Assembly (NCBI GenBank): GCA_964016885.1
Contig: OZ024743.1
Span: 324,136,001 to 324,200,000 of the forward strand
Source of the DNA: Eledone cirrhosa
Lineage: Eukaryota
Direction: 5' to 3'
Length of the DNA: 64,000 nt
Shown here: positions 1 through 15,105 of the stretch, piece after piece
Position numbering within the stretch: the first letter of the stretch is position 1
How the letters are laid out: every line of letters starts with the position of its first letter
Translations under genes and position numbers: made by a program
Notes under the pieces: model-generated
The model's input: only the letters and a program-made list of their open reading frames with translations
Told to the model about the DNA's origin: nothing
The model's database searches: none

Positions 1-24
1 AGAAGCCCATATAATAAAGAGCAA

Positions 25-817
<793 letters not shown>

Positions 818-3322
818 AGTGGAAATTTCTGAAAGCAAACCTGCTGTTGGCGACAGACGAAGTCTGTGGCTGGAGCAGGCCTGTAGGCAGGAGGAGAGTA
901 ACATGGTGGTGGAACAATAGGGTGGAGGGGTCAATTAAGGCCAAAAAGCAGGCTTGGAAAGTATGGCGGGATGGGGGAAGTAGAGTAGACTATCAAGTGG
1001 CCAGGAGGGAAGCTAGGAGAGAAGTGTACTTAGCAAGAAGGGAAGCTGAGGAAAGAAAGTTCAAGCATGTTCTACAACGCGATGACCAAAAACGTGAGGT
1101 GTTCAGGATTGCCAGGCAATGCGTCAAGGAAAACCGTGATATTGTCGGGGAGAAGTGTGTACTTAACGATGATGGCATACTTGCCATCACCGACACTGAT
1201 AAGAAGGTAGCTTGGAAGTGTCACTATGAAAGGCTACTAAATGAGGAGAATAAATGGGAGAAAGACAGTCTCCCCCTTATCGACCCGATAGAGGGACCAG
1301 CAGTGTTAGTCGAGGGGAGTATAATAAGTAAGGCAATCAAGGATATGAAGACTGGTAAGGCGGCTGGGCCTTCGGAAATAGTTGCTGAGATGCTGAAGGC
1401 ATCTGGCACGGTGGGACACACCATGGTCACCCGCATAGTTAACCAAGTCGTACAGAATGGGGTTGTTCCGAAGGACTGGCATAGCAGCATCATCGTTAAC
1501 TGTTATAAGGGTAAAGGAGACGCCCTAGATAGGAGTAACTATAGAGGCATTAAATTAATCGACCAGGTCATGAAGGTCACGGAAAAAGTAATAGCGCAAC
1601 TAATCAGAGAGAGAATTGACCTAGATGAAATGCAGTTCGGGTTTGTGTCAGGCAAAAGTACCACAGACGCTCTTTTCATAGTACGACAACTACAGGAGAA
1701 GTACCTAGCTAAAGGTAAACCCCTCTACTTAGCTTTTGTCGACCTGGAGAAAGCCTTCGACAGAGTCCCCCGCTCCATTATCTGGTGGGCTCTTAGAAAA
1801 CTAGGCGTTGACGAATGGCTTGTGAGGGCTATACAAGCCATGTATAAAGAAACAGTCAGCAAGGTTAGAATTAACAACGAATATAGTGAAGAGTTTAGCG
1901 TAAAAGTTGGCGTCCATCAGGGCTCTGTTCTCAGCCCCCTACTATTTATTATTGCCCTTCAGGCTATAACAGAGGAGTTCAAGACAGGCTGCCCATGGGA
2001 ACTCCTATACGCAGACGACCTGACACTCATAGCGGAATCAATGGCCGAGCTAGAGAAGAAATTCCAAACATGGAAGCACGGCCTAGAGTCAAAAGGACTT
2101 AAAATTAACCTGGCTAAGACCAAAGTTCTAGTTTGTAGGAAAGAAAACAAGGCGGCGGTCCCTTCTGGGAAATGGTCGTGCTCGGTATGTAGGAAAGGCG
2201 TAGGTAGAAACTCCATCTTATGTCCTAAATGCAAAGTATGGGTGCATAAAAGATGTAGTGGGATCACAGGTAAGCTAACTAAGAACATAGACTTTACATG
2301 TGGCCGGTGTTCTGGTGCAATAAGTAGCAGCAAGTGCCCACAAAATACTAGCTCTTTCAATTGCGCAGAGGGTTCTATAGAAATAGTGGACAGCTTCCGT
2401 TACCTGGGCGATAAAATCAGCAGTGGGGGAGGGTGCTCTGAAAGTACTGTAGCTAGAGTCAGAACTGGTTGGAAAAAGTTCAGAGAGCTTATACCACTAT
2501 TAGCTGCTAAAGGGTTCTCCCTAAAAATGAAAGGCAGGTTGTACGATGCCTGCATACGAACAGCAATGTTGCATGGTAGTGAGACCTGGGCATTGTGTGC
2601 AGAGGATATACGCAGACTAGAGAGGAACGAAGCTTGCATGCTCCGCTGGATGTGTAACAGTAATATACGTGAACGGCAAAGCATAAACGAACTAAGGAAA
2701 AAATTAGAGATAAGAGGGATCAGATGTTGTTTACTCGAGAGAAGGCTGCGTTGGTATGGACACGTGATGCGCATGAAAGTCGATAGCTGTATTACAAAGT
2801 GCAGGGCAATAAAGATAGACGGTAGCCACGGAATAGGCAGACCTAGAAAAACATGGGATGAGCTGATAAACTCCGACCTCACACACTTACACCTCTCCAA
2901 GACAATGTCACTGGACCGTGACCTTTGGCGGTACTCAGTAACAGAGAAGACCCGCCTTGCCAGTAGGCATCTCTAACAAAATACACCCCGTCCCGCCACC
3001 ACCCCCACCCCATCCACACCACCCCGTTCTATGTAAAGTTATGTTGGTGCCGCGCCATCCAGGCCGAAACAAATGAGATCGTGTAGGTGTCACGACAAAA
3101 AAACACACAGTCCACGCTGTAATGTGGCCGTGTAGGCAACACGGTAAAAACCTCCCAGACCCACACTGTAAATGTGGTTGGTGTTAGGAAGGGCATCCAA
3201 CTGTAGAAAACCTGCCAGACAGTCCTATGCGAGCAAGACAATCACTCTTGCCTCAAGTGGGACTACCCCCGTCCAAACCCATGCAAGCGTGGAACACGGA
3301 CGTTAAACGTTGATGATGATGA

Positions 3323-3324
<2 letters not shown>
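818..3324 (+). mobile_element. RTE-clade LINE (family A), 5'-truncated, with 3' UTR and (GAT)n tail
   Basis: Carries an RT ORF; the 3' UTR has AGGAAGGGCATCC and a CCATGCAAGCGTGG hairpin, then GATGATGAT. Flanked by (TA)n on both sides. Confidence 0.95.
847..2976 (+). CDS. RTE ORF2 (endonuclease region lost): reverse transcriptase with an internal PHD-like finger
   Basis: Motifs [73 protein letters not shown]. The start is a truncation point, not a true ATG. Confidence 0.92.
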   Translation: MATDEVCGWSRPVGRRRVTWWWNNRVEGSIKAKKQAWKVWRDGGSRVDYQVARREARREVYLARREAEERKFKHVLQRDDQKREVFRIARQCVKENRDIVGEKCVLNDDGILAITDTDKKVAWKCHYERLLNEENKWEKDSLPLIDPIEGPAVLVEGSIISKAIKDMKTGKAAGPSEIVAEMLKASGTVGHTMVTRIVNQVVQNGVVPKDWHSSIIVNCYKGKGDALDRSNYRGIKLIDQVMKVTEKVIAQLIRERIDLDEMQFGFVSGKSTTDALFIVRQLQEKYLAKGKPLYLAFVDLEKAFDRVPRSIIWWALRKLGVDEWLVRAIQAMYKETVSKVRINNEYSEEFSVKVGVHQGSVLSPLLFIIALQAITEEFKTGCPWELLYADDLTLIAESMAELEKKFQTWKHGLESKGLKINLAKTKVLVCRKENKAAVPSGKWSCSVCRKGVGRNSILCPKCKVWVHKRCSGITGKLTKNIDFTCGRCSGAISSSKCPQNTSSFNCAEGSIEIVDSFRYLGDKISSGGGCSESTVARVRTGWKKFRELIPLLAAKGFSLKMKGRLYDACIRTAMLHGSETWALCAEDIRRLERNEACMLRWMCNSNIRERQSINELRKKLEIRGIRCCLLERRLRWYGHVMRMKVDSCITKCRAIKIDGSHGIGRPRKTWDELINSDLTHLHLSKTMSLDRDLWRYSVTEKTRLASRHL

Positions 3325-3388
<64 letters not shown>

Positions 3389-3614
3389 ACACATATATAT
3401 ATATATATACATACAGATATATATATATATATACATACAGATATATATATATACATACATACATACATATATATACATACATACATACATACATACACAT
3501 ATATATACATACATACACATATATATACATACACATATATATACATACATACATACATATATATACATACATACATACATACATATACATACATACACAT
3601 ATATATATACATAC
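3325..3614. repeat. (TA)n/(TACA)n compound microsatellite
   Basis: Visible directly. Confidence 0.95.
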
Positions 3615-4321
3615 ATCTATCTATCTATCTAAGGCGGGTAAAATTCCCGAGATCCATGGACGAGTTCTCTCCAGCGGTCTCTGTCCCTCATTATCGCTGC
3701 CATATCCTGCATTTCCAACAGACCAGTGTCTGTCCTTAGGGCATCAACATATGTTAACCTTGGTCTTCCTCTTCTAGTGTGTCCATGTAGGGGCTCCCAA
3801 AGGAGCACTGAGTGCAATGTCAACTCTGGATGTCGGTGAGCATGTCCAGCCAACCTCAGTCTCCTCTGTGTCACATTTGAGCTGACTTTTGGGATGCTCC
3901 CATACAGCTCTGAGTTTTTCATCCTCAGTGTATACTGATTAATGTTCAGAGCCATCCTCAGCATTCTCGTGTAGCACCCATCCACTATCTGAGTGAGTCT
4001 CTTGGTCAGTGTCCAAGTCTCAGACCCATACAGCAGCACAGACTCCACTACAGCAATGAAGAGGCGGATTTTCAGGTCTCTACGAAGGTCCGACTTCCAC
4101 ACCGATCTCAAGCTGTGACACGCCGCCCAGGCCTTGCTCTTCCTCTCAACCACATCATCCTCCGTATTCCCAATCTTTGCTCCCAAATACAGGAAGTCCT
4201 CAACCAATTCCAGCGGCTTCCCGCCTACATTAGTGATCCCCTCTGGCTTCTCAACATTCTCTACCAGATATTTTGTTTTAGTCTCATTCATTCTCAGCCC
4301 CACACTCATCGACACAGTCTC
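3615..4321 (-). mobile_element. RTE-clade LINE (family B) 3' fragment with (TAGA)n tail
   Basis: Translates as [11 protein letters not shown]...DFLYLG...VLLYGSETW...RRLRLAGH...RGRPRLTY...EFYPP*; tail reads TCTATCTATCTA on +. Confidence 0.9.
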
Positions 4322-5047
<726 letters not shown>

Positions 5048-5734
5048 TCATCATCATCATCATCAACGTTTAACGTCCGTGTTCCACGCTTGCATGGGTT
5101 TGGACGGGGGTAGTCCCACTTGAGGCAAGAGTGATTGTCTTGCTCGCATAGGACTGTCTGGCAGGTTTTCTACAGTTGGATGCCCTTCCTAACACCAACC
5201 ACATTTACAGTGTGGGTCTGGGAGGTTTTTACCGTGTTGCCTACACGGCCACATTACAGCGTGGACTGTGTGTTTTTTTGTCGTGACACCTACACGATCT
5301 CATTTGTTTCGGCCTCGATGGCGCGGCACCAACATAACTTTACATAGAACGGGGTGGTGTGGATCGGGTGGGGGTGGTGGGACGGGGTGTATTTTGTTAG
5401 AGATGCCTACTGGCTGGAGTAGGTTTTACTATATATTTAGGTAAGGCGGGTCTTCTCTGTTACTGAGTACCGCCAAAGGTCTCGGTCCAGTGACATTGTC
5501 TTGGAGAGGTGTAAGTGTGTGATGTCGGAGTTTATCAGCTCGTCCCAGGTTTTTCTAGGTCTGCCTATTCCGTGACTACCGTCTATCTTTATTGCCCTGC
5601 ACTTTGTTATACAGCTATCGACTTTCATGCGCATCACGTGTCCATACCAACGTAGCCTTCTCTCGAGTAAACAACATCTGATCCCTCTTATCTCTAATTT
5701 ATTCCTTAGTTCGTTTATGTTTTGCCGTTCACGT
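5048..5734 (-). mobile_element. RTE family A 3' fragment
   Basis: Reverse complement of about 2668-3324: IRERQ...[11 protein letters not shown]...EKTRLT*, then UTR and (GAT)n. Confidence 0.95.
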
Positions 5735-7117
<1,383 letters not shown>

Positions 7118-9182
7118 TAAGAACATTTAGAGTCGGACAATATAGAGGGAGAGTGGGAATTTCTGAAAGCAAACTTGCTGTTGGCGACAGACGAAGTCTG
7201 TGGCTGGAGCAGGCCTGTAGGCAGGAGGAGAGTAACATGGTGGTGGAACAGTAAGGTGGAGGGGTCAATTAAGGCCAAAAAGCAGGCTTGGAAAGTATGG
7301 CGGGATGGGGGAAGTAGAGAAGACTATCAAGTGGCCAGGAGGGAAGCTAGAGACAAGTGTACTTAGCAAGAAGGGAAGCTGAGGAAAGAAAGTTCAAGCA
7401 TGTTCTACAACGCGATGACCAAAAACGTGAGGTGTTCCGGATTGCTAGGCAATGCGTCAAGGAAAACCGTGATATTGTCGGGGAGAAGTGTGTACTAAAC
7501 GACGATGGCACACTTGCCATCACCGACGCTGATAAGAAGGTAGCTTGGAAGTGTCACTATGAAAGGCTACTAAATGAGGAGAATAAATGGGAGAAAGACA
7601 GTCTCCCCCATATCGACCCAATAGAGGGACCAGCAGTGTTAGTCGAGGGGAGTATAATAAGTAAGGCAATCAAGGATATGAAGACGGGTAAGGCGGCTGG
7701 GCCTTCGGAAATAGTTGCTGAGATGCTGAAGGCATCTGGCACGGTGGGACACACCATGGTCACCCGCATAGTTAACCAAGTCGTACAGAATGGGGTTGTT
7801 CCGAAGGACTGGCATAGCAGCATCATCGTTAACTGTTATAAGGGTAAAGGAGACGCCCTAGATAGGAGTAACTATAGAGGCATTAAATTAATCGACCAGG
7901 TCATGAAGGTCACGGAAAAAGTAATAGCGCAACTAATCAGAGAGAGAATTGACCTAGATGAAATGCAGTTCGGGTTTGTGTCAGGCAAAAGTACCACAGA
8001 CGCTCTTTTCATAGTACGACAACTACAGGAGAAGTACCTGGTGCAATAAGTAGCAGCAAGTGCCCACAAACTACTAGCTCTTTCAATTGCGCAGAGGGTT
8101 CTATAGAAATAGTGGACAGCTTCCGTTACCTGGGTGACAAAATCAGCAGGGGGGGAGGGTGCTCTGAAAGTACAGTAGCTAGAGTCAGAACTGGATGGAA
8201 AAAGTTCAGAGAGCTTATACCACTATTAGCCGCTAGAGGGTTCTCCCTAAAAATGAAAGGCAGGTTATACGATGCCTGCATACGAACAGCAATGCTGCAT
8301 GGCAGTGAGACCTGGGCATTGTGTGCAGAGGATATACGCAGACTAGAGAGGAACGAAGCTTGCATGCTCCGCTGGATGTGCAATAGTAATATACGTGAAC
8401 GGCAAAGCATAAACGAACTAAGGAAAAAATTAGAAATAAGAGGGATCAGATGTTGTTTACTTGAGAGAAGGCTACGTTGGTACGGTCACGTGATGCGCAT
8501 GAAAGACGACAGCTGTATAACAAAGTGCAGGGCAATAAAGATAGACGGAGTAGGCAGACCCAGAAAAACATGGGACGAGCTGATAAATTCCGACCTCACA
8601 CGCTTACACCTCTCCAAGACAATGTCACTGGACCGAGACCTTTGGCAGTACTCAGTAATAGAGAAGACCCGCCTTACCTAAATACAAAGTAAAAACCTAC
8701 TACAGTCAGTAGGCATCTCTATCAAAACACACCCCCGTCCCACCACCTCCACCCCACCCACACCGCCCCTTTCAATGTAAAGTTATGTTGGTCCCACAAC
8801 ATCCAGGCCGAAACAAATGAGATCGTGTAGGTGTCACGACAAAAAACACACAGTCCACGCTGTAAATGTGGCTGTGTAGGCAACACGGTAAAAACCTCCC
8901 AGCCCCACACTGTAAATGTGGTTGGTGTTAGGAAGGGCATCCAGCTGTAGAAAACCCGCCAGACAGTCCACGCTGTAATGTGGCCGTGTAGGCAACACGG
9001 TAAAGACCTCGCAGCCCCACACTGTAAATGTGGTTGGTGTTAGGAAGAGCATCCAACTGTAGAAAACCCGCCAGAGAGTCCTATGCGAGCAAGACAACCA
9101 CTCTTGCCTCAAGTGGGGAAAACCCCCGTCCAAACCCATGCAAGCGTGGAACACGGACGCTAAACCTGATGATGATGATGAT
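7118..9182 (+). mobile_element. RTE family A copy with a frameshift (~7352), a ~607-bp internal deletion (8039/8040) and a duplicated 3' UTR segment
   Basis: Compared by eye with 818-3324: QEKYL is joined directly to the sequence at 2314, so YADD is missing. Confidence 0.92.
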
Positions 9183-9254
9183 ATATACATATATATATAT
9201 ACATATATATATATACATATACATATATACATATACACATATACATATATACAT

Positions 9255-9289
<35 letters not shown>

Positions 9290-9440
9290 TATATACATAT
9301 ATACATACATATATACATACATATATACATACATATACATATACATATACATACATACATACATACACATATATATATACATATACATATATATATACAT
9401 ATATATATACATATATATATACATATATATATACATATAT

Positions 9441-9473
<33 letters not shown>

Positions 9474-9512
9474 CATATATACATACATACATATATACAT
9501 ACATACATACAT
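9183..9512. repeat. (TATACA)n/(TACA)n microsatellite
   Basis: Visible directly. Confidence 0.95.
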
Positions 9513-10117
9513 AGTGGCTGCCAACTCGTTTTCGAGTACGGCCACTACTTTATATCCATGTAGGAGAACTCCTACCGATGCGCTGAACGAGTGACTTTTT
9601 AGTCCAGCCAGCGACTTGAAAACTCTGGTACAAACACTACACTTGTGACAATTATTGAAACATAGTGCTGGGCCCATGGTACCATGTGATGACAAGTGGA
9701 GAGAGATCTCCAGATATAAAGCAATGTCTGTGCCGTGAAGCTTTTATAGTGAGCAAAGGCAGTGCACTAAGCCAGTCCCACTCTGTTAACCAAGATGATA
9801 TTTACCAAAAAGAAGAACAAGTCAACATCATTGGATACCATCAGAGTTGCAGGTGTTATATCAGAGTTTTCCTTCTCCTAGAATTCTGCCTTGACAAAGG
9901 CTAAGGGGTCATCTCTCCCGGTGATTTTGGATGGCCATTGACTCTTAAGAGCTCTTTGCCCTTTGACAGGTTTTGTTTTTAGTCCTGCAGGATGTCCAAA
10001 GTCACCCTCCTCACCAAGCAACCTTGGTGGGGTTGCCAGTTTAGTCGCCAACGACCCGACCATGGGACAGGTTGTACTGGGATACATGTTACCAGTAACA
10101 CCAACTGGTGACCTGAC
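9513..10117 (-). mobile_element. Short non-autonomous RTE-derived element, copy 1 (5' UTR fused to C-terminal zinc finger and 3' end)
   Basis: The minus strand has an RTE-5'UTR-like GGAGAAGGAAAACTCTGAT, the peptide [19 protein letters not shown], a CTCG-AAAA-CGAG 3' hairpin and a (TATG)n tail. Confidence 0.65.
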
Positions 10118-10130
10118 ATACATACATACA

Positions 10131-11010
10131 TAATAATAATGAAATTATTGTGTACAGTGCTCAGGTGCACTACAACTCATCAAAGGTGCATGTATAGTAC
10201 ATAGAATAATGTACAAATGTCAGGAAAATAAACAGTGCATGAGTCATGATATAATAACAATAACAATAATGAAATATTGTGCACAGTGCCCAGGTGCACC
10301 ACAACCCATCAAAAAAGTGCATGTACAGTACATAGGGCAATGCACAATCATCAGTAAAATGAACAGTGCATGAGTCATGATACACACATGTGTGCATGTG
10401 TATGGAAGGGGCACATCAGGTGTAGTTTTGGCGTATTTCGGGAAGCATGAGTGTCTTAAAGGATGCAGTGTCTCGGCAGCTAACAATTGACGCAGGCAGT
10501 TTGTTCCATGCTTCAGCAACTCTGAGCGTGAAAAAATGTCTGCGAAAGTCATGGGAGCTGTGCTGTTTTCTTATCTTGTAGGCATGTCCACGTGTGTTAG
10601 ACACATGGAGATCAAAGAGGCGCTCAGGGTTGCAGTTGGCGAGATGGTTAAAAACTTTGTGGGTATTCACCAAGTCCATTGCCAGACGTCGGAGCTTCAA
10701 TGAATCCATGCCCAGGGAAGCAAGGCATTCAGAGTATGGTAGGTGTCTGATGGAGGGTATGCGCTTGGTTGCACGTCTCTGAACAGTTTCCAGGAGGTCA
10801 ATGTTCCGAGCAAGATAGGGGTTCCAGACTGATGATGCGAATTCCAAGTGTGGTCGCACCATAGCTGTATACAGTTTTAAATAGATGGCTGGAGAGCGGC
10901 TAACAAAGGTCTTGCTGAGTGATGCCAAGACACCCTCGGCCTTCTTGACAATCTTAGAGACATGCTTTGTCCAACGCAAATCGTTGCTGACAGTAATGCC
11001 CAGGTCACGT
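10131..11010 (-). mobile_element. CR1-clade LINE 3' fragment (ORF2 C-terminus 10416-11010) with duplicated 3' end and (TTA)n tail
   Basis: RDLGITV...LYTAMVRPHLEFASSVWNP...LETVQRRATK...TRGH...FFTLRVAEAWNKLP. Confidence 0.92.
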
Positions 11011-11074
11011 ACATACATACATACGTACATATCTATACATACGTACATATCTATACATACATATATATATATAT

Positions 11075-11681
11075 GGTGGCTGCCAACTCGTTTTCGAGTA
11101 CGGCCACTACTTTATATCCATGTAGGAGAACCCCTACTGATGCGCTAAACGAGTGTGACTTTTCAGTCCAGCCAGCGACTTGAAAACTCGGGTACAAACA
11201 CTACACTTGTGACAATTATTGACACATAGTGCTGGGCCCATGGTACCATGTCACGACAAGTGCAGAGAGATCTCCAGATATAAAGCAATGCCTGTGCCGT
11301 GAAGCTTTTATAGTGAGCAAAGGCACTGCACAAAGCCTGTCCCACTCTGTTAACCAAGATGATATTTACCAAAAAGAAGAACAAGTCAACATCATTGGAT
11401 ACCATCAGAGTTGCAGGTGTTATATCAGAGTTTTCCTTCTCCTAGAATTCTGCCTTGACAAAGGCTAAGGGGTCATCTCTCCCGGTGATTTTGGATGGCC
11501 ATTGACTCTTAAGAGCTCTTTGCCCTTTGACAGGTTTTGTTTTTAGTCCTGCAGGATGTCCAAAGTCACCCTCCTCACCAAGCAACCTTGGTGGGGTTGC
11601 CAGTTTAGTCGCCAACGACCCGACCATGGGACAGGTTGTACTGGGATACATGTTACCAGTAACACCAACTGGTGACCTGAC
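11075..11681 (-). mobile_element. Non-autonomous RTE-derived element, copy 2
   Basis: Near-identical to 9513-10117 and 12643-13250. Confidence 0.65.
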
Positions 11682-11694
11682 ATACATACATACA

Positions 11695-12574
11695 TAATAA
11701 TAATGAAATTATTGTGTACAGTGCTCAGGTGCACTACAACTCATCAAAGGTGCATGTATAGTACATAGAATAATGTACAAATGTCAGGAAAATAAACAGT
11801 GCATGAGTCATGATATAATAACAATAACAATAATGAAATATTGTGCACAGTGCCCAGGTGCACCACAACCCATCAAAAAAGTGCATGTACAGTACATAGG
11901 GCAATGCACAATCATCAGTAAAATGAACAGTGCATGAGTCATGATACACACATGTGTGCATGTGTATGGAAGGGGCACATCAGGTGTAGTTTTGGCGTAT
12001 TTCGGGAAGCATGAGTGTCTTAAAGGATGCAGTGTCTCGGCAGCTAACAATTGACGCAGGCAGTTTGTTCCATGCTTCAGCAACTCTGAGCGTGAAAAAA
12101 TGTCTGCGAAAGTCATGGGAGCTGTGCTGTTTTCTTATCTTGTAGGCATGTCCACGTGTGTTAGACACATGGAGATCAAAGAGGCGCTCAGGGTTGCAGT
12201 TGGCGAGATGGTTAAAAACTTTGTGGGTATTCACCAAGTCCATTGCCAGACGTCGGAGCTTCAATGAATCCATGCCCAGGGAAGCAAGGCATTCAGAGTA
12301 TGGTAGGTGTCTGATGGAGGGTATGCGCTTGGTTGCACGTCTCTGAACAGTTTCCAGGAGGTCAATGTTCCGAGCAAGATAGGGGTTCCAGACTGATGAT
12401 GCGAATTCCAAGTGTGGTCGCACCATAGCTGTATACAGTTTTAAATAGATGGCTGGAGAGCGGCTAACAAAGGTCTTGCTGAGTGATGCCAAGACACCCT
12501 CGGCCTTCTTGACAATCTTAGAGACATGCTTTGTCCAACGCAAATCGTTGCTGACAGTAATGCCCAGGTCACGT
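11695..12574 (-). mobile_element. CR1 3' fragment, duplicate copy
   Basis: ORF 11980-12582 matches 10416-11010; offset 1564 bp. Confidence 0.92.
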
Positions 12575-12642
12575 ACATACATACATACATACGTACATAT
12601 CTATACATACGTACATATCTATACATACATATATATATATAT

Positions 12643-13250
12643 GGTGGCTGCCAACTCGTTTTCGAGTACGGCCACTACTTTATATCCATGTAGGAGAACC
12701 CCTACTGATGCGCTAAACGAGTGTGACTTTTCAGTCCAGCCAGCGACTTGAAAACTCGGGTACAAACACTACACTTGTGACAATTATTGACACATAGTGC
12801 TGGGCCCATGGTACCATGTCACGACAAGTGCAGAGAGATCTCCAGATATAAAGCAATGCCTGTGCCGTGAAGCTTTTATAGTGAGCAAAGGCACTGCACA
12901 AAGCCTGTCCCACTCTGTTAACCAAGATGATATTTACCAAAAAGAAGAACAAGTCAACATCATTGGATACCATCAGGGTTGCAGGTGTTATATCAGAGTT
13001 TTCCTTCTCCTAGAATTCTGCCTTGACAAAGGCTAAGGGGTCATCTCTCCCGGTGATTTTGGATGGCCATTGACTCTTAAGAGCTCCTTTGCCCTTTGAC
13101 AGGTTTTGTTTTTAGTCCTGCAGGATGTCCAAAGTCACCCTCCTCACCAAGCAACCTTGGTGGGGTTGCCAGTTTAGTCGCCAACGACCCGACCATGAGA
13201 CAGGTTGTACTGGGATACATGTTACCAGTAGCACCAACTGGTGACCTGAC
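12643..13250 (-). mobile_element. Non-autonomous RTE-derived element, copy 3
   Basis: Near-identical to copies 1 and 2. Confidence 0.65.
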
Positions 13251-13256
13251 ATAGCA

Positions 13257-13440
13257 TAAAAACCTCCCAGTCCACACTGTAAATGTGGTTGGTATTAGGA
13301 AGGGCATCCAGCCACATAAAACCTGCCAGACAGTCCTATACTAGCGAGACATGGTCACCCCACCAATCTTGCCTCAAGTGGGACAATTCCCATCTAACCC
13401 ATGCTAGCGTGGAAGATAGACGTTAAATGATGATGATGAT
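13257..13440 (+). mobile_element. RTE family A-type 3' UTR remnant with (GAT)n tail
   Basis: AGGAAGGGCATCC, CCATGCTAGCGTGG and GATGATGAT. Confidence 0.85.
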
Positions 13441-14061
13441 ATATACATACATACATATACATACATATATATATATATATACACATACATACACACATTC
13501 ACATGTACATATAGACAAATATATATTGTGACACACACTCAGACTCTATGAATCAGTCATTCATATATTACACTTAACCATTGCTAATATCTGTCCATTA
13601 GCAGGATATTGAATAGATAAGGGCAGTGAACTCGTCACTGGTATTTCCATTATATAACATGATGCTACATGCTGTAACTTGGATTTCATTGTAAACAAGG
13701 CAAGATAAAAAATATATCATTTAAAAGTAGGCTTTGATAAGGAGGAGAATCTTTACTGCAGTGTTACTGTGGTGTTATCTAGTATACGTGTGTGTCTATC
13801 TGTTTGTTTGGGTGTGTGGGCGTGATATGTATGAGTGTGTGTTTTTTTATATGTAAGTGTGTGTTTGTGTGCAAGTGTGTGTGTGTGTGTTTATGTGCAA
13901 GTGTGTTTATGTATATGTTTATGTGCATGCGTGTGTGAGAGAGTGTCTACATGTGAGTATGTTTATGTGTAAGTGTGTGTGTGAATGTTTGTGTGTGTAC
14001 ATAATACAGACTATAAAGGTGCTTAATTTAGTGGTTAGGGTATTTATCTCATAATTGCAAA

Positions 14062-15105
14062 GTCACGATTCCAAAACACACCCAGGCCACACCGTAAAGC
14101 GGTCATGTAGGAGTCATGACAAAACATACCCAGCCCACACTGTAAAGTGGTCATGTAGGAGTCATGACAAAACATACCCAGCCCACACTGTAAAGTGGTC
14201 ATGTAGGAGTCATGACAAAACATACCCAGGCCACACCGTAAAGCGGTCATGTAGGAGTCATGACAAAACATACCCAGCCCACACTGTAAAGTGGTCATGT
14301 AGGAGTCATGACAAAACATACCCAGGCCACACCGTAAAGCGGTCATGTAGGAGTCATGACAAAACATACCCAGCCCACACTGTAAAGTGGTCATGTAGGA
14401 GTCATGACAAAACATACCCAGGCCACACCGTAAAGCGGTCATGTAGGAGTCATGACAAAACATACCCAGCCCACACTGTAAAGTGGTCATGTAGGAGTCA
14501 TGACAAAACACACCCAGGCCACACCGTAAAGCGGTCATGTAGGAGTCATGACAAAACATACCCAGCCCACACTGTAAAGTGGTCATGTAGGAGTCATGAC
14601 AAAACATACCCAGGCCACACCGTAAAGCGGTCATGTAGGAGTCATGGCAAAACATACCCAGCCCACACCGTAAAGTGGTCATGTAGGAGTCATGACAAAA
14701 CATACCCAGCCCACACTGTAAAGTGGTCATGTAGGAGTCATGACAAAACATACCCAGGCCACACCGTAAAGCGGTCATGTAGGAGTCATGACAAAACATA
14801 CCCAGCCCACACCGTAAAGTGGTCATGTAGGAGTCATGACAAAACATACCCAGCCCACACTGTAAAGTGGTCATGTAGGAGTCATGACAAAACATACCCA
14901 GCCCACACCGTAAAGTGGTCATGTAGGAGTCATGACAAAACATACCCAGCCCACACTGTAAAGTGGTCATGTAGGAGTCATGACAAAACATACCCAGCCC
15001 ACACCGTAAAGTGGTCATGTAGTCATGACAAAACATACCCAGCCCACACCGTAAAGTGGTCATGTAGGAGTCATGACAAAACATACCCAGCCCACACTGT
15101 AAATG
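14062..15105 (+). repeat. 48-bp tandem satellite (~22 units) derived from the RTE 3' UTR module
   Basis: Unit CATGACAAAACATACCCAGCCCACACTGTAAAGTGGTCATGTAGGAGT, with alternating variants. Confidence 0.95.

Noticed and set aside
1224-2900. Antisense ORFs overlapping the RT
   Set aside because: Shadow frames of the RT ORF; they recur only because the element is repeated.
10030-10117. HDV-like ribozyme (CTAA followed by ACTGG pairing with CCAGT)
   Set aside because: I could not find a P1 helix consistent with the HDV topology.
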